Origin: Longimicrobiales bacterium
Lineage (GTDB): Bacteria; Gemmatimonadota; Gemmatimonadetes; Longimicrobiales; Gaopeijiaceae
Direction of reading: 5' to 3'
DNA: 64,000 nt
Assembly (NCBI GenBank): GCA_965202805.1
Contig: OZ241869.1
Location: forward strand, 1,440,001 to 1,504,000
In this document: positions 35,669-45,617 of the stretch, one piece after another
Layout: each line of letters opens with the position of its first letter
How positions within the stretch are numbered: the stretch's first letter is position 1
Program-made: the position numbers and the translations under genes
Notes under the pieces: generated by a model
Databases searched by the model: none
Seen by the model: the letters and a program-made list of their open reading frames with translations, nothing else
Told to the model about the DNA's origin: nothing

Positions 35669-38188
35669 TCAAACCTCCGACTCCCGGAGTCCTCTCTCCG
35701 AGACGAAATCGCGATACCGGGCGAATGCGTCGTCGATCTGCTCGCGCGTCAGCCCGAAGTCCGCGATGTCGTACCGGTGACGCTTCTCGGTGCGGCGCCT
35801 CTCCGCCTGTTCCGCCAGCCAGACGTCCATCGCGGTCACGGCCGCGGGCTCGAGCGTCCATCCGAAATAGTCGTAGATGCGGCCCACGACCGCCAGCGGG
35901 TCCTGGACCAGATCGTAGTAGCTGACATCCATCCAGCGGTGCTCGAGCTCCGGGTGCGAGTTCCGAAAGCTCACCGCCCGATCGAGAAGGTGGCTCATCG
36001 CGCGCAGCTGCTCGGCCCCAAGTACCTCCGCCGGGCGCGGCTCGCTGATGTTGGCGCGGATCCGTTCGACCAGGCTGCACCAGGATCCCATGAACTGAAC
36101 GGGCTCCCGGTGCGTCTGGATGAAGAGGGCGTCCGGATAGGTCTCAAACAGAGCTTCGAGTTCCCTGAGATGAGTCGGCATCTTGAAAAGCCATTGGCCC
36201 TGCATGCCGGGATGGCTTTGCCTGCGCTGATAGTGGTAGTGCTGCATGACCCGGCGATGGTGCCGGTAGGCCTCCCGCGAGCCGTTTTCCTCCAGCCAGC
36301 TATCGTACTGCGGGATGTGATATCGGGCTCCGAACACCCTGGCTTTGAACGACAGCCGAAGGATCGGGATATCCTCCTCCGGCTCGTCGATAGAGATCTG
36401 GTGGACCCCGGAAAAGGAGTCGATGATGCCGGAGGCTTTGAACACGTCGGCAGCCAGCGCGCGCCGAGGATCTGCCGTCGTGCCCGCGACCCTCGCATAG
36501 TCGCCGCTGGGGATCACCGGTTCCACGTACTCGAAGGCTCGCAGCGCCCAGAATCTGCTGTGCCGGGCCATGAGGCGGTGGAGGTAGGTTGTCCCGGTGC
36601 GGTTGATTCCCACGATGAAAACAGGTTGAACGACGTTCTGTCGGCCGATCTCCGGGTACCGCTGCCGTTCGGCGGCCAGCTCGGCGTTGTTGCGCAGCAT
36701 CCGGCACATGTCGAAGGTGACGTGACCGATCCGGGTCTCGAGCAAACCCGCTTCCGGTGATTTCAATGCCTCCACAAGCCGCCGCAGTCCTTCGAGCATC
36801 CACTCCGGGTAGGTCGAATCGAAGCACAGGCCGCGATCGTCCGCGTAACGCCTTGCCTGCCTGAGCAGGTGCTCAAGCTTCAGGTGCCGGCGGGGAGTGG
36901 GGTGCGGCCATGCCTCTGGATGTTCCCTGACCCATCGGTTGTGACGAACGTACCTCGTGAGGGGACCGGGCCAATCGATGGTGACCGGACAGTCTTCACG
37001 AATCGCGCGGTCGCTCACGGGCAAGGAGGTGGCCGAGTCGCTGCCCCGCAACCAGTAGGGGCCGAATTGATCGAACAGTGCCCAGTATCGGGCGAGGGGC
37101 GAGGCGGCACCCCGAGCCTGGCAGGCCCGCTTGAAGGCCTGATAGGAAACCTCCGGATAGTCCAGACCGAGTTCTTCAACGCGAACGGTGGTGTACGACG
37201 GGGTTGGATTGCAGCAGTTGTAGATCGTGGAGCGACGCTCCGGGTTGAACGAGATCTCGGTGCAGATACGGCTCAGTGTGTCGACGGGGTCGCTGTTTGA
37301 CTGCAACGTGAATCCCCGTGGAATCATCCCCACATCCACCACCGCCGCGAAGAGGCGCTGGGTGATGTTGGCCGGCTCCGCGTACCCGGTCGAAGCCATG
37401 CTCGTCTGGGCCAATCGGAAGATCCCGACCGGCAGCCCGACGACATTCGCGAAGAGGATCGCCTGCTCGGCAACGAGCTTGCTCCATGGATATCCGAGGA
37501 GGCCCAGCGGGAATGTTCGCTTCATGCTGGACAGGTCCGGCTGCGTCTGGTCGTCGATGCGAGTGCCCCGATACTCGCGCGCGAATGCGCAGAAATACTC
37601 GGGGAAAATCCCCATCGTCGAAGCGTAGAAGAGATGCTTGTAGCGTGTATGCAGACACAGGTCCAGCACGCTTCGGATGCTGAACGCGTTTACGCGGCGA
37701 ATGGCGCGGTAGGACGAGGAAAGACTCAGGGTCGCTGCGAGATGGTATACGGCATCGATCTCTTCGCAGAGTACGCGAAACCGGGACTCGGACAGCCCGA
37801 AGCGCGGTTCGGCAACGTCCCCGGCGTGCACGCGAATTCGTGGAGCGAAGCCGTCGTCCCAGACCTCCGCGTGCTCCATGTTCGTCCGCAGCCGCTCGAA
37901 GCCCTGCTCGCGGTCGTCGCCGCGCACGATGCAGTGCACCGTGAGTCGCGAATCCCGGGTGAGCAGGTCCCGCACCAGGAAACGGCCGAGGAAGCCGGTC
38001 GCGCCGGTGACGAGGACGTGGCGGAAGTCGGTGGGGGAAACAGCCTCGGCGGGCGTCGCACGGGTGACTGCTTCGCGAACGAAGCTGCGCAACGCAGTAA
38101 GATCGATTTGGCAGTGGGGAGGCAGGCTTCCCGTCAGCGGCGGTATGCGCTGGCGGGTCGCCGCCGACAGAACGCCGCCGCGGTTCAA
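35669..38188 (-). CDS. swfB: Thioester reductase (R) - sulfotransferase fusion, copy 2
   Basis: VLVTGATGFLG, GYPWSK, IVGINRTGTT, FIQTHREP. Start inferred as TTG 38188 overlapping the PKS TGA, giving 839 aa versus 836 aa for copy 1. Confidence 0.86.
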   Translation of the reverse strand: MNRGGVLSAATRQRIPPLTGSLPPHCQIDLTALRSFVREAVTRATPAEAVSPTDFRHVLVTGATGFLGRFLVRDLLTRDSRLTVHCIVRGDDREQGFERLRTNMEHAEVWDDGFAPRIRVHAGDVAEPRFGLSESRFRVLCEEIDAVYHLAATLSLSSSYRAIRRVNAFSIRSVLDLCLHTRYKHLFYASTMGIFPEYFCAFAREYRGTRIDDQTQPDLSSMKRTFPLGLLGYPWSKLVAEQAILFANVVGLPVGIFRLAQTSMASTGYAEPANITQRLFAAVVDVGMIPRGFTLQSNSDPVDTLSRICTEISFNPERRSTIYNCCNPTPSYTTVRVEELGLDYPEVSYQAFKRACQARGAASPLARYWALFDQFGPYWLRGSDSATSLPVSDRAIREDCPVTIDWPGPLTRYVRHNRWVREHPEAWPHPTPRRHLKLEHLLRQARRYADDRGLCFDSTYPEWMLEGLRRLVEALKSPEAGLLETRIGHVTFDMCRMLRNNAELAAERQRYPEIGRQNVVQPVFIVGINRTGTTYLHRLMARHSRFWALRAFEYVEPVIPSGDYARVAGTTADPRRALAADVFKASGIIDSFSGVHQISIDEPEEDIPILRLSFKARVFGARYHIPQYDSWLEENGSREAYRHHRRVMQHYHYQRRQSHPGMQGQWLFKMPTHLRELEALFETYPDALFIQTHREPVQFMGSWCSLVERIRANISEPRPAEVLGAEQLRAMSHLLDRAVSFRNSHPELEHRWMDVSYYDLVQDPLAVVGRIYDYFGWTLEPAAVTAMDVWLAEQAERRRTEKRHRYDIADFGLTREQIDDAFARYRDFVSERGLRESEV

Positions 38189-41100
38189 TGGCTCCGGGCG
38201 GGCGTGACTCCCGCCCCGTCGGCCGTCCGTGAAGCTCCTCTCCCGCTGGTCGAGGGCACCCCGGAACCGGCCATCCCGTCGCCGCCGGTCGGCGAGTGCC
38301 CGCCGCTGGGGAAGTGATCCTCGGGCGCATTCGCGAAGGGTGAGCGGCGCCTGCGCACTCGCTGCCGGAACTCTTCGTCTACGCCCGCTCTTTCCTCTCC
38401 CTCGCCTGCGACCTCGTCCTCGGTGTCCGAGTCGGTTCCGTGCACGATGGCCTGCGCGAGGGAGAGCGCGGAGGCCGTGGTCATCAGCTCGAGCGCGCTG
38501 ACCTGGTGGTTGAACTGCGTCTGAACGAACGCACCCAGTTCGGCGACCGAAATCGAGGTGAGCCCGAAGCTCGAGAGCGGTTCGGAAACATCGCCTTCGT
38601 CGTGACCGCACAACTCCGCGACCTTGGCGGAGATCTGCGCCACGACACCTTCCAGGGTCAGGTCGCCGCCGGCGTCCACCTCGAACGCCGCCTGATTCGT
38701 GAGCAGACGTCCGTTGCACATGTAGTCGGGAGAATGGACGGTCCACGGAGGGTTCGCGAACAGCGCGGTGACGAGATGGTCGTGGTCCGCCATGGTGCGC
38801 AGGGCGTAGTCGAGGTTCGCGATCGCGAAGTTGGCGCTGACGGTGGTCATGCCGGCAGCCCGCATCATGCGCATGACGTGGAGGCTCCGGGCCGCCATCC
38901 CGACCTCGGTGACCGGACCCAGGTTGTACGAGAAACCCGGGAGGCCGCGCTTGCGTCGCCACGCGGCCAGCCCGTCAAGGAAGCTGCTGGCGCCACTGTA
39001 GTTGATCTGCCCCAGGTTGCCGAAGGTCGAGGCAATCGAGGAGAACAGCACGAAGTAGTCGAGATCCCGGTCGATGGTGGCGTGATGAAGGTTGAGCGCG
39101 CCACTGGCCTTGGGCGCAAACACCCTTGCCAGCGAATCGGGCGACGTGTCCAGGAAAGACCGGTCCTCCAGCGTTCCGGCGAGGTGGAACACGCCCTTCA
39201 GGGGTCGCTCCAGGCCCGCGATACAGCGGTGCACATCCGCCGCGTTCCTCACGTCCCCCGGCACGATGTCGATCTCGTAGTCGTGCGCCATCTTGGACAG
39301 CGTCGTGATCTGGCGGATCCACTCGACGTCGCGGCGCCGCGCGGGATCGCGGTCCATCAGGGTCAGATGGCGCGCACCGGCGGCGATCAGGTAGGGCACG
39401 AAGCGGAGGCCGAACCCACCCAGGCCGCCAGTGACCAGATAGGTCGCGTCCGGATCCAGGAAGGGACGGGTGTCCGCGATGCCGAATCCGCGGTCTGCGG
39501 GATCGGTCGGAGCCTGAAGAACCAGCTTGCCCTGGTGCTGTCCGGTCGTCATCAGGCGAAGCGCCTTCGCGTAGTCGCGGTATGGAAAAGCCGTCAGCGC
39601 GGGGGGCGCGACCGCCCCCTCGTCCATGAGGTCGATGCAGGCCTGGGAGAGCACGTGCGACAATACCGGGTCGTCCAGCATCAGACGGTCCACATCGATC
39701 GCGGCGAAACGCAGATTCTTGCGGAAGACGCGCATGCTGAGAGAGTTGTCGGTGTAGATGTCGACCTTTCCGATCTCGCAGTGCCAGCCGGAAGGACGCA
39801 GCGACTCGAGGCAGAGCGCGATATGGTGGCCCGCGAGCGAATTCAATACGACATCGACGCCTTCGCCTCCCGTGGCCTCCATGAGATCGTCATACCACTG
39901 GTGACTGTGCGAATCGAACGCTCCGCGTACGCCCATCTCGAGCAGCCGGGCACGTTTGCTCTCGTTGCCGGCCGTGGCGAAAACCTCCGCACCGACATGC
40001 CTGGCCAGGGCGATCGCAGCCTGTCCGACACCTCCCATTGCCGAGTGAATGAGGACTCGCTGGCCCTTTCTCAGACGTGCGAGATGGATCAGCGAGTAGT
40101 ATGCGGTGACGTAGACGGAGAGCGCCGAGGCGGCCTCTTCCATGCTCAGCCCGGCTGGCTTCGGAAATGCGAGGTGCTCGTTTACCACCACGCGGTTCGC
40201 GATGCAGCCGCCCACCGTAAGCGCCACCTCGTCCCCGACCTTCAGGCGCTTGACCCCGGAGCCTGCGCGCCGAACCACCCCGCTGGCCTCGATGCCGACT
40301 TCCCGCCCCAGCGCCGATCGCTCGTAGGCGATGGCCGGCAGGAGCCCGAGCGTGACCATGACGTCGCGAAAGTTGAGCGCGGCCGCGCCGACCTCTACTT
40401 CCACATCCGACGGCTCCAGCGGCGGAAGCTCGTACGTGGTCATCCGGAGCCCGCTCACCTGGCCGGGATTGTCCAGGCGAAGCCGGTACGGCGGTTCGTC
40501 ACCATCGGGCACGAGCGGCGCGCGCTGCCGGACGCTGACGATGCGCGGGACCCATGTGCGCCCCTCTCTGATCGCCAGTTCGCGCTCGCGCAGATCGCAC
40601 CGGGTGAGACGGGCCAGGACCTCCAGGTCATCCTCGGAGCCGACGTCCACAAGCCTGAAGTCGATCCGGGTGTCTTCGGCGAGGAGTTCCAGGGCGATAC
40701 TGCGCACCGCTCCCCAGAGCGCGCTGCCGCGCGGATTGTCCACCCCGCAGACCGCGCCGCGCGTCACCACCGTCAGACGGCAGTCACGGGTCGCGCGCTC
40801 CAGCCGGAGCGGCGCCAGGGCCTGAAGAAACGCCACGAATTCCCAGACGGCACGCTCCCCCGTGGGGTCTGTCGGATCCGTACCGACAAAGAAGTCGATC
40901 GCTTCCGGATCGGCCGCCCCCGGCGATTCGTCCAGCCAGCTGGAATCGGTTGCCTCGATCGTCGACCAGGGGACGCGGTGCACCGCCGGCGAGTCGAGGA
41001 GGTCGAGCCAGCTCGCCGCGAGGCTGCCCGGTTCGCCGATCACCCAGCGGGAGCCCGGAGTGGCGGCCGCCACCGTGGCTTCGGGCGCGTCCGCCGCCTC

Positions 41101-44100
41101 ACCCTCGCCATCGGCACCGCTTCCGTCGGTCACGTCGAAGAGGTCGTGGGGGGCCTGCAGCAACGTCGCGCGTGACCCCGCGTGAATCGTAGACCAGCCG
41201 GCGCCGGCTTCGACTGCATCCCCTTCGCCATGGCAGACGAGCGCAAGACCGCCGGCGACCAGGAGCCGGTGAACGAGCGTCCACTGCGCGGGCCCGAAAG
41301 CGCAGGCTTCCGCGTGCAGGAGCACGAGTTCGGCGGCGGCGGGCCGCAACAGTCCCGAATCCATCTCGGGTTCGCGGGCCCCGGCGGAGCACGCATCGAG
41401 CGAGTCGAACCGAATCGCGGCGTCCTGGTGGTTGAAGGCGTCGTAGAGCGCGCGGGTGTGCTCCTCGTCCGCGCCGAGGAGCCAGTACTCGGTCTGGGCG
41501 TCCTGGCTCGACAGGCGTGACAGACACCGGTTCAGAATCGCCTCGGCGGGCTCGCGCCGCCCTGCGATCTCGATCACATGGCAGGCGTACCGGTGGCCGA
41601 AGGCGCCTTCCTCGAGCGCCACGATCAAGTCGGCGGGATCGACCTCTCCGCCTCGGAGCGCGTCCTCGAGCGGAGGACGTGCCGGCAGGAACCCGGGCTG
41701 CCAGCGGATGAGGTGCTTGCTGTCCGGGACATCGCTCCAGCGGGGGTTGCTGTTGAAGGAGTGGTATTCCCCGATGTGGGCGATCAATTGCCCGGTGGCT
41801 TGATCGTAGAAGCTGAGGCGGCCGATGTAGAGTTCGCCGAGCGGCTTGTTGTACTGGCCGCGCTCATCCACGTCGAACCAGTCGCCGGTGTCGACCAGGA
41901 AGCAGCTGATGCGCGGCCCCGTCGGCGGGCGCAGGAAGGTGATGTCGCACGCGCGCTGCGGCATGGAAAAGAAATCCGGCAGGCGCATCAGGTAACGCAG
42001 GAAGATCTGCAGCCCGCCGTCCGTCAACGGGGGGTACATGACATAGCCCTCTTCCCGGCCGGACGCCCACAACTCCTCGTCGACCTCGATCTCCAGCAAC
42101 AGATCGGTCGAAGCCGAGTCCATTTCGATCTGCCGGACGCTTCGGAAATGCGGTCCGAACTCGAAGGCGTCCCCCACGACTGCTTCGATCTGGTCGTAGA
42201 AGTCCTCCCCCGTCGCGAGCGGTGAAGGATCGAAGTCGGACGCAAGGACATCCTGCAGCGTCGGCAGCGTGTCGACGGCGTGGTCTTCATCTACCCGGCG
42301 AACCCTCCCGCGGCAGTGCAGCGTACCTTCGTCGTCGTTCTCGAAGGAGCGGGTGGAGATGGTGAAGGTGAACTGGTCCGGGGCGTCGGGGACCGGAAAA
42401 AGGGCCGTCTGCAGTCTCACCGGCGTCCGGCCGACGGGCGTGTGCTGCAGGAATTCCATCTCTTCGATGTGCACCGGACTGCCGGCGAAGGCCTGCAGAA
42501 TCAACTCGATGTAGCCGGCGGCCGGGATGATCGGCGCCCGGTGCACCCGGTGGTCGGTCAGCCACGGAAAATCCCGCTCGGAGAGCCGCGCCTCGAAGAG
42601 CATGTGGTCGCAGGCGACCCTGTGGCCTACGAGCGGGCCGTGGGAGTACTCGCCGCGGTGGACGAACATCTCGTCGTCAACCAGGTCGTCGTGAGTCGTC
42701 GTCTGTTCCTGAGGATGCCCGGGGAGAAGGTGGGGGACGGGTCTGGGACGCGGATACTGGGACGCGAAATCGAGCGCGACGCCTGCCTTGTAGAGCGCCC
42801 CGAGCGCCTTCTGGAAGCCCATGCAGACATCCTCGTCCTTCATCAGCGTCGGGATGCAGGCCGGGGCCGAGGCCGAGGCGCTCCCTTCCAGGCACTGCCG
42901 GATGAGCGGTTGCAGGGCGCCGTGAGGTGCGACTTCCAGAACCACGTCGGGACGGTGGTCCCGGCGAACCGTCTCCATGGCGGCAGCGAAGCGGACCGGC
43001 TCGCGGATGTTGGACCACCAGTATGCGGCGTCCAGGCATCCCGTCGCCCCGCCGGTGACCGAGGACACGAAGGGGACGTCGAAGTCGAACGCGCACTCGT
43101 CCAGGAAGGCAAGGGACGCCATGACATCGTCGTGGAGGGGGTCCATCGCCGGCGAATGGAAGGCGATGTTGCCGGGGATCAGGCGATTCTGCAGGCCGCG
43201 GCGGTCGAGTTCGGCCATGACGGGCTCGAGGGCAGGCTCCTTTCCGCAGATGACGGTGTTGGCGGGCGAGTTCTCGCAGGCGATTTGAACCCGGGCGGGT
43301 CGATGGTTGCCGGAACGGAACGAGACGCTGAGCTCCTTCAGAAGGTCCTCCACCCCCGGTCGGTCGAGTCCGATCGCCAGCATCCGGCCCGAGCCGGCCA
43401 CGCGCTGCTGCAGGGTGGCGCGGTGGTAGACCAGATGCGTGGCTTCGGCAAGGGAAAGCGCCCCGCTGGCGTAGGCGGCGGCCACCTCGCCCGAGCTGTG
43501 CCCGACGACACAGTCCGGCTGGATGCCCCAGGTCGACAACAGCTCCACGAGGGCGCATTGGAGCATGAAGATCGCGGGCTGGGCCAACCGGACTTCGTTC
43601 AATTCCTCCTGGCTTGCGAAGAAACAGGCATCGCGCAGGGAGCTGGCGGAGTGCTTCCGCCACTCTTCCTCGATGGCGTCGACCACCCGGCGAAAGACAG
43701 GGTCGGCGTGGTAGAGCGCGCGCCCGCATCCCGCCCACTGGGTGCCCTGCCCCGAGAAGACCATGGCAACCCGGCGGTCGCCTTCTTCCACGGTGGTGAC
43801 CGGAGGTGGGTCCTCCACAAAGGCGTCCAACGCCTCGGCAAGCTCGTCGCGGTTGCGAACGGCGAACGCGGTACGCGCGGCAAACCGGCTCCGGCGTCGT
43901 CCTAGATTGCCTGCCAGGGTGTAGAGATCGATTTCCGACTCGTCGAGGAGTTCGCGCATGCTGCGCGCGCTCTCCACCAGGGCGTTGGCCGTACGCGCGG
44001 ACAGGGGGATCATGTAGCCCGCGTCGGCAGCCAGGGGCGCCGACCACACGGCGGGCCGCATCCGCCGGTATTCCCTGACCACACAGTGTCCGTTGGCGCC

Positions 44101-45390
44101 GCCGAACCCGAAGGAATTGATCCCGACCACGACCGGACGGTCCGGGAATGGCTCGCACGCCGTCTGCACCTGCATCGGGCAGCTGTCGAAATCGATCTCC
44201 AGATTCGGCGCCAGGAAGTTCCGCGAAATAGGCGCAAAGGTGCGTCGCTGCATCATCAGGACCACCTTCAGCAGCGCGCAGCTGAACGCCGCGGCTTCAA
44301 GGTGCCCCACGTTGCTCTTCACGCTGGCGACACGCAGCGGAACCTCGCGTTCAACCCCGCCGAAGGCCTCGGCGATGGCGTTCCCCTCGATGCGGTCGCC
44401 CACCACGGTGCCGGTGGCGTGCGCTTCGATATAGTCGAAGTCCTCGGGACCCAACCCGGCGCGCTCACAGGCCGTGCGCATCAACTCGACCTGCGAATGG
44501 CGGGTCGGCGCGGTGATGTAGCGCCCCTGGGCCAGACCGACCGCATCGTCCGCGGTCCCTGCGGTGTTGACCGCCGTGGCCGCGACTACCGCAAAGACGT
44601 GGTCGCCGTCCCGTTCCGCCGCTTCCAATGGCTTGACCGCGAAGATGAACGCTCCTTCGGCGCGAATGTAGCCGTTGGCGTCGGCATCGAAGGAGTGACA
44701 CCTGCCGTCGGGACTGATGACGCCGAGCGCGTTGAACGAGGCACTGCAGCGGGCCGACCCCAGGTAGGTCGCGGCTCCCACCAGAGCCTGGTCGCAATCT
44801 CCCTGCCGAATCGCGTTCATCGCGGTGTGCAACGCGGTCAGGGACGCCGAGCAGGCCGTGGAACACGCCACGGAAGGTCCCATGAGGTTGAGGTGGTAGG
44901 AGATGCGGTTCGCGAGCATCGAAGCGTCGATGCTCAGAATGGAGAACTCGTTGGTGCCGTACAGCGCGCGCCAGTTGGCCGTTGACGCCACCTGGGCACC
45001 GATGAAGACACCCGTGGAGCTGTTGCGCAGTCCCCTCAGATCCCATCCGGCATGCTCGCAACTCTCCCAGGCGCAACCAAGCAACATCCGGATCTGAGGA
45101 TCCATGTAGGCCATTTCATTGCGCGACACTCCGAAGAGGCTGCGATCCATCCGCTGCTCCCCCTGGTCGCGTATCAGACCCTCGTACGCGCTCCCGAAAC
45201 GGCCCGGGCCCGAGAATCCGCCGATCGGCTGGTAGCCCCTGCCATAACGGTCGGCGACCGGCTCCCGCACGATCTCGCGCCTGACGAGGAGATCCCAGAA
45301 ATCGTCGTCCGTGCGGATGCCCCCCGGCATCCGATAGGCGTATCCGACGATGGCGACGGGTTCCTTCGAGCTGTCCCTGCCTGAGTTCAT
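38185..45390 (-). CDS. swfA: Mono-modular type I PKS/FAS (KS-AT-DH-pseudoMT-ER-KR-ACP), copy 2
   Basis: TACSAS, EAHATGT, GHLEAA, GHSSG, AFHS, DHRVHRAPIIP, LIHSAMGGVG, TGGLGGFG, NYSGAS, ACP GLTS. Start moved to ATG 45390 (GGAG upstream). Confidence 0.92.
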   Translation of the reverse strand: MNSGRDSSKEPVAIVGYAYRMPGGIRTDDDFWDLLVRREIVREPVADRYGRGYQPIGGFSGPGRFGSAYEGLIRDQGEQRMDRSLFGVSRNEMAYMDPQIRMLLGCAWESCEHAGWDLRGLRNSSTGVFIGAQVASTANWRALYGTNEFSILSIDASMLANRISYHLNLMGPSVACSTACSASLTALHTAMNAIRQGDCDQALVGAATYLGSARCSASFNALGVISPDGRCHSFDADANGYIRAEGAFIFAVKPLEAAERDGDHVFAVVAATAVNTAGTADDAVGLAQGRYITAPTRHSQVELMRTACERAGLGPEDFDYIEAHATGTVVGDRIEGNAIAEAFGGVEREVPLRVASVKSNVGHLEAAAFSCALLKVVLMMQRRTFAPISRNFLAPNLEIDFDSCPMQVQTACEPFPDRPVVVGINSFGFGGANGHCVVREYRRMRPAVWSAPLAADAGYMIPLSARTANALVESARSMRELLDESEIDLYTLAGNLGRRRSRFAARTAFAVRNRDELAEALDAFVEDPPPVTTVEEGDRRVAMVFSGQGTQWAGCGRALYHADPVFRRVVDAIEEEWRKHSASSLRDACFFASQEELNEVRLAQPAIFMLQCALVELLSTWGIQPDCVVGHSSGEVAAAYASGALSLAEATHLVYHRATLQQRVAGSGRMLAIGLDRPGVEDLLKELSVSFRSGNHRPARVQIACENSPANTVICGKEPALEPVMAELDRRGLQNRLIPGNIAFHSPAMDPLHDDVMASLAFLDECAFDFDVPFVSSVTGGATGCLDAAYWWSNIREPVRFAAAMETVRRDHRPDVVLEVAPHGALQPLIRQCLEGSASASAPACIPTLMKDEDVCMGFQKALGALYKAGVALDFASQYPRPRPVPHLLPGHPQEQTTTHDDLVDDEMFVHRGEYSHGPLVGHRVACDHMLFEARLSERDFPWLTDHRVHRAPIIPAAGYIELILQAFAGSPVHIEEMEFLQHTPVGRTPVRLQTALFPVPDAPDQFTFTISTRSFENDDEGTLHCRGRVRRVDEDHAVDTLPTLQDVLASDFDPSPLATGEDFYDQIEAVVGDAFEFGPHFRSVRQIEMDSASTDLLLEIEVDEELWASGREEGYVMYPPLTDGGLQIFLRYLMRLPDFFSMPQRACDITFLRPPTGPRISCFLVDTGDWFDVDERGQYNKPLGELYIGRLSFYDQATGQLIAHIGEYHSFNSNPRWSDVPDSKHLIRWQPGFLPARPPLEDALRGGEVDPADLIVALEEGAFGHRYACHVIEIAGRREPAEAILNRCLSRLSSQDAQTEYWLLGADEEHTRALYDAFNHQDAAIRFDSLDACSAGAREPEMDSGLLRPAAAELVLLHAEACAFGPAQWTLVHRLLVAGGLALVCHGEGDAVEAGAGWSTIHAGSRATLLQAPHDLFDVTDGSGADGEGEAADAPEATVAAATPGSRWVIGEPGSLAASWLDLLDSPAVHRVPWSTIEATDSSWLDESPGAADPEAIDFFVGTDPTDPTGERAVWEFVAFLQALAPLRLERATRDCRLTVVTRGAVCGVDNPRGSALWGAVRSIALELLAEDTRIDFRLVDVGSEDDLEVLARLTRCDLRERELAIREGRTWVPRIVSVRQRAPLVPDGDEPPYRLRLDNPGQVSGLRMTTYELPPLEPSDVEVEVGAAALNFRDVMVTLGLLPAIAYERSALGREVGIEASGVVRRAGSGVKRLKVGDEVALTVGGCIANRVVVNEHLAFPKPAGLSMEEAASALSVYVTAYYSLIHLARLRKGQRVLIHSAMGGVGQAAIALARHVGAEVFATAGNESKRARLLEMGVRGAFDSHSHQWYDDLMEATGGEGVDVVLNSLAGHHIALCLESLRPSGWHCEIGKVDIYTDNSLSMRVFRKNLRFAAIDVDRLMLDDPVLSHVLSQACIDLMDEGAVAPPALTAFPYRDYAKALRLMTTGQHQGKLVLQAPTDPADRGFGIADTRPFLDPDATYLVTGGLGGFGLRFVPYLIAAGARHLTLMDRDPARRRDVEWIRQITTLSKMAHDYEIDIVPGDVRNAADVHRCIAGLERPLKGVFHLAGTLEDRSFLDTSPDSLARVFAPKASGALNLHHATIDRDLDYFVLFSSIASTFGNLGQINYSGASSFLDGLAAWRRKRGLPGFSYNLGPVTEVGMAARSLHVMRMMRAAGMTTVSANFAIANLDYALRTMADHDHLVTALFANPPWTVHSPDYMCNGRLLTNQAAFEVDAGGDLTLEGVVAQISAKVAELCGHDEGDVSEPLSSFGLTSISVAELGAFVQTQFNHQVSALELMTTASALSLAQAIVHGTDSDTEDEVAGEGEERAGVDEEFRQRVRRRRSPFANAPEDHFPSGGHSPTGGDGMAGSGVPSTSGRGASRTADGAGVTPARSH

Positions 45391-45502
45391 TGTGGCTCCC
45401 GCCTCCCGCGATGCCTCGCGCGTCTCGCTGGCTCCGCAGCTTGACCCCTTCGGGCTCGCCCGTCGTTGACGTCCACAAACATCGATGTCAAAATCGCTGG
45501 AA

Positions 45503-45530
45503 TGTCGCAAAACTACAAGATAATGTCGCA
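45503..45530 (-). promoter_or_regulatory. TGCGACA-N14-TGCGACA direct repeat upstream of swfA copy 2
   Basis: Plus strand AATGTCGCA at 45501 and 45522; 21-bp period. Confidence 0.6.
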
Positions 45531-45617
45531 GATCCGGTGCACAACCGACAGGCGACCGGGCTCATCGACAGCAACCGATTCCTGCCCCTCGTCAGGCCTG
45601 GTCCGTATGTTGCGAGT

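Noticed and set aside
35669..38962. 1097-aa version of SwfB copy 2, and the 731-aa version of SwfC copy 2
   Set aside because: The N-terminal extensions overlap the upstream genes; paralog lengths and RBS positions support starts at 38188 and 35666.
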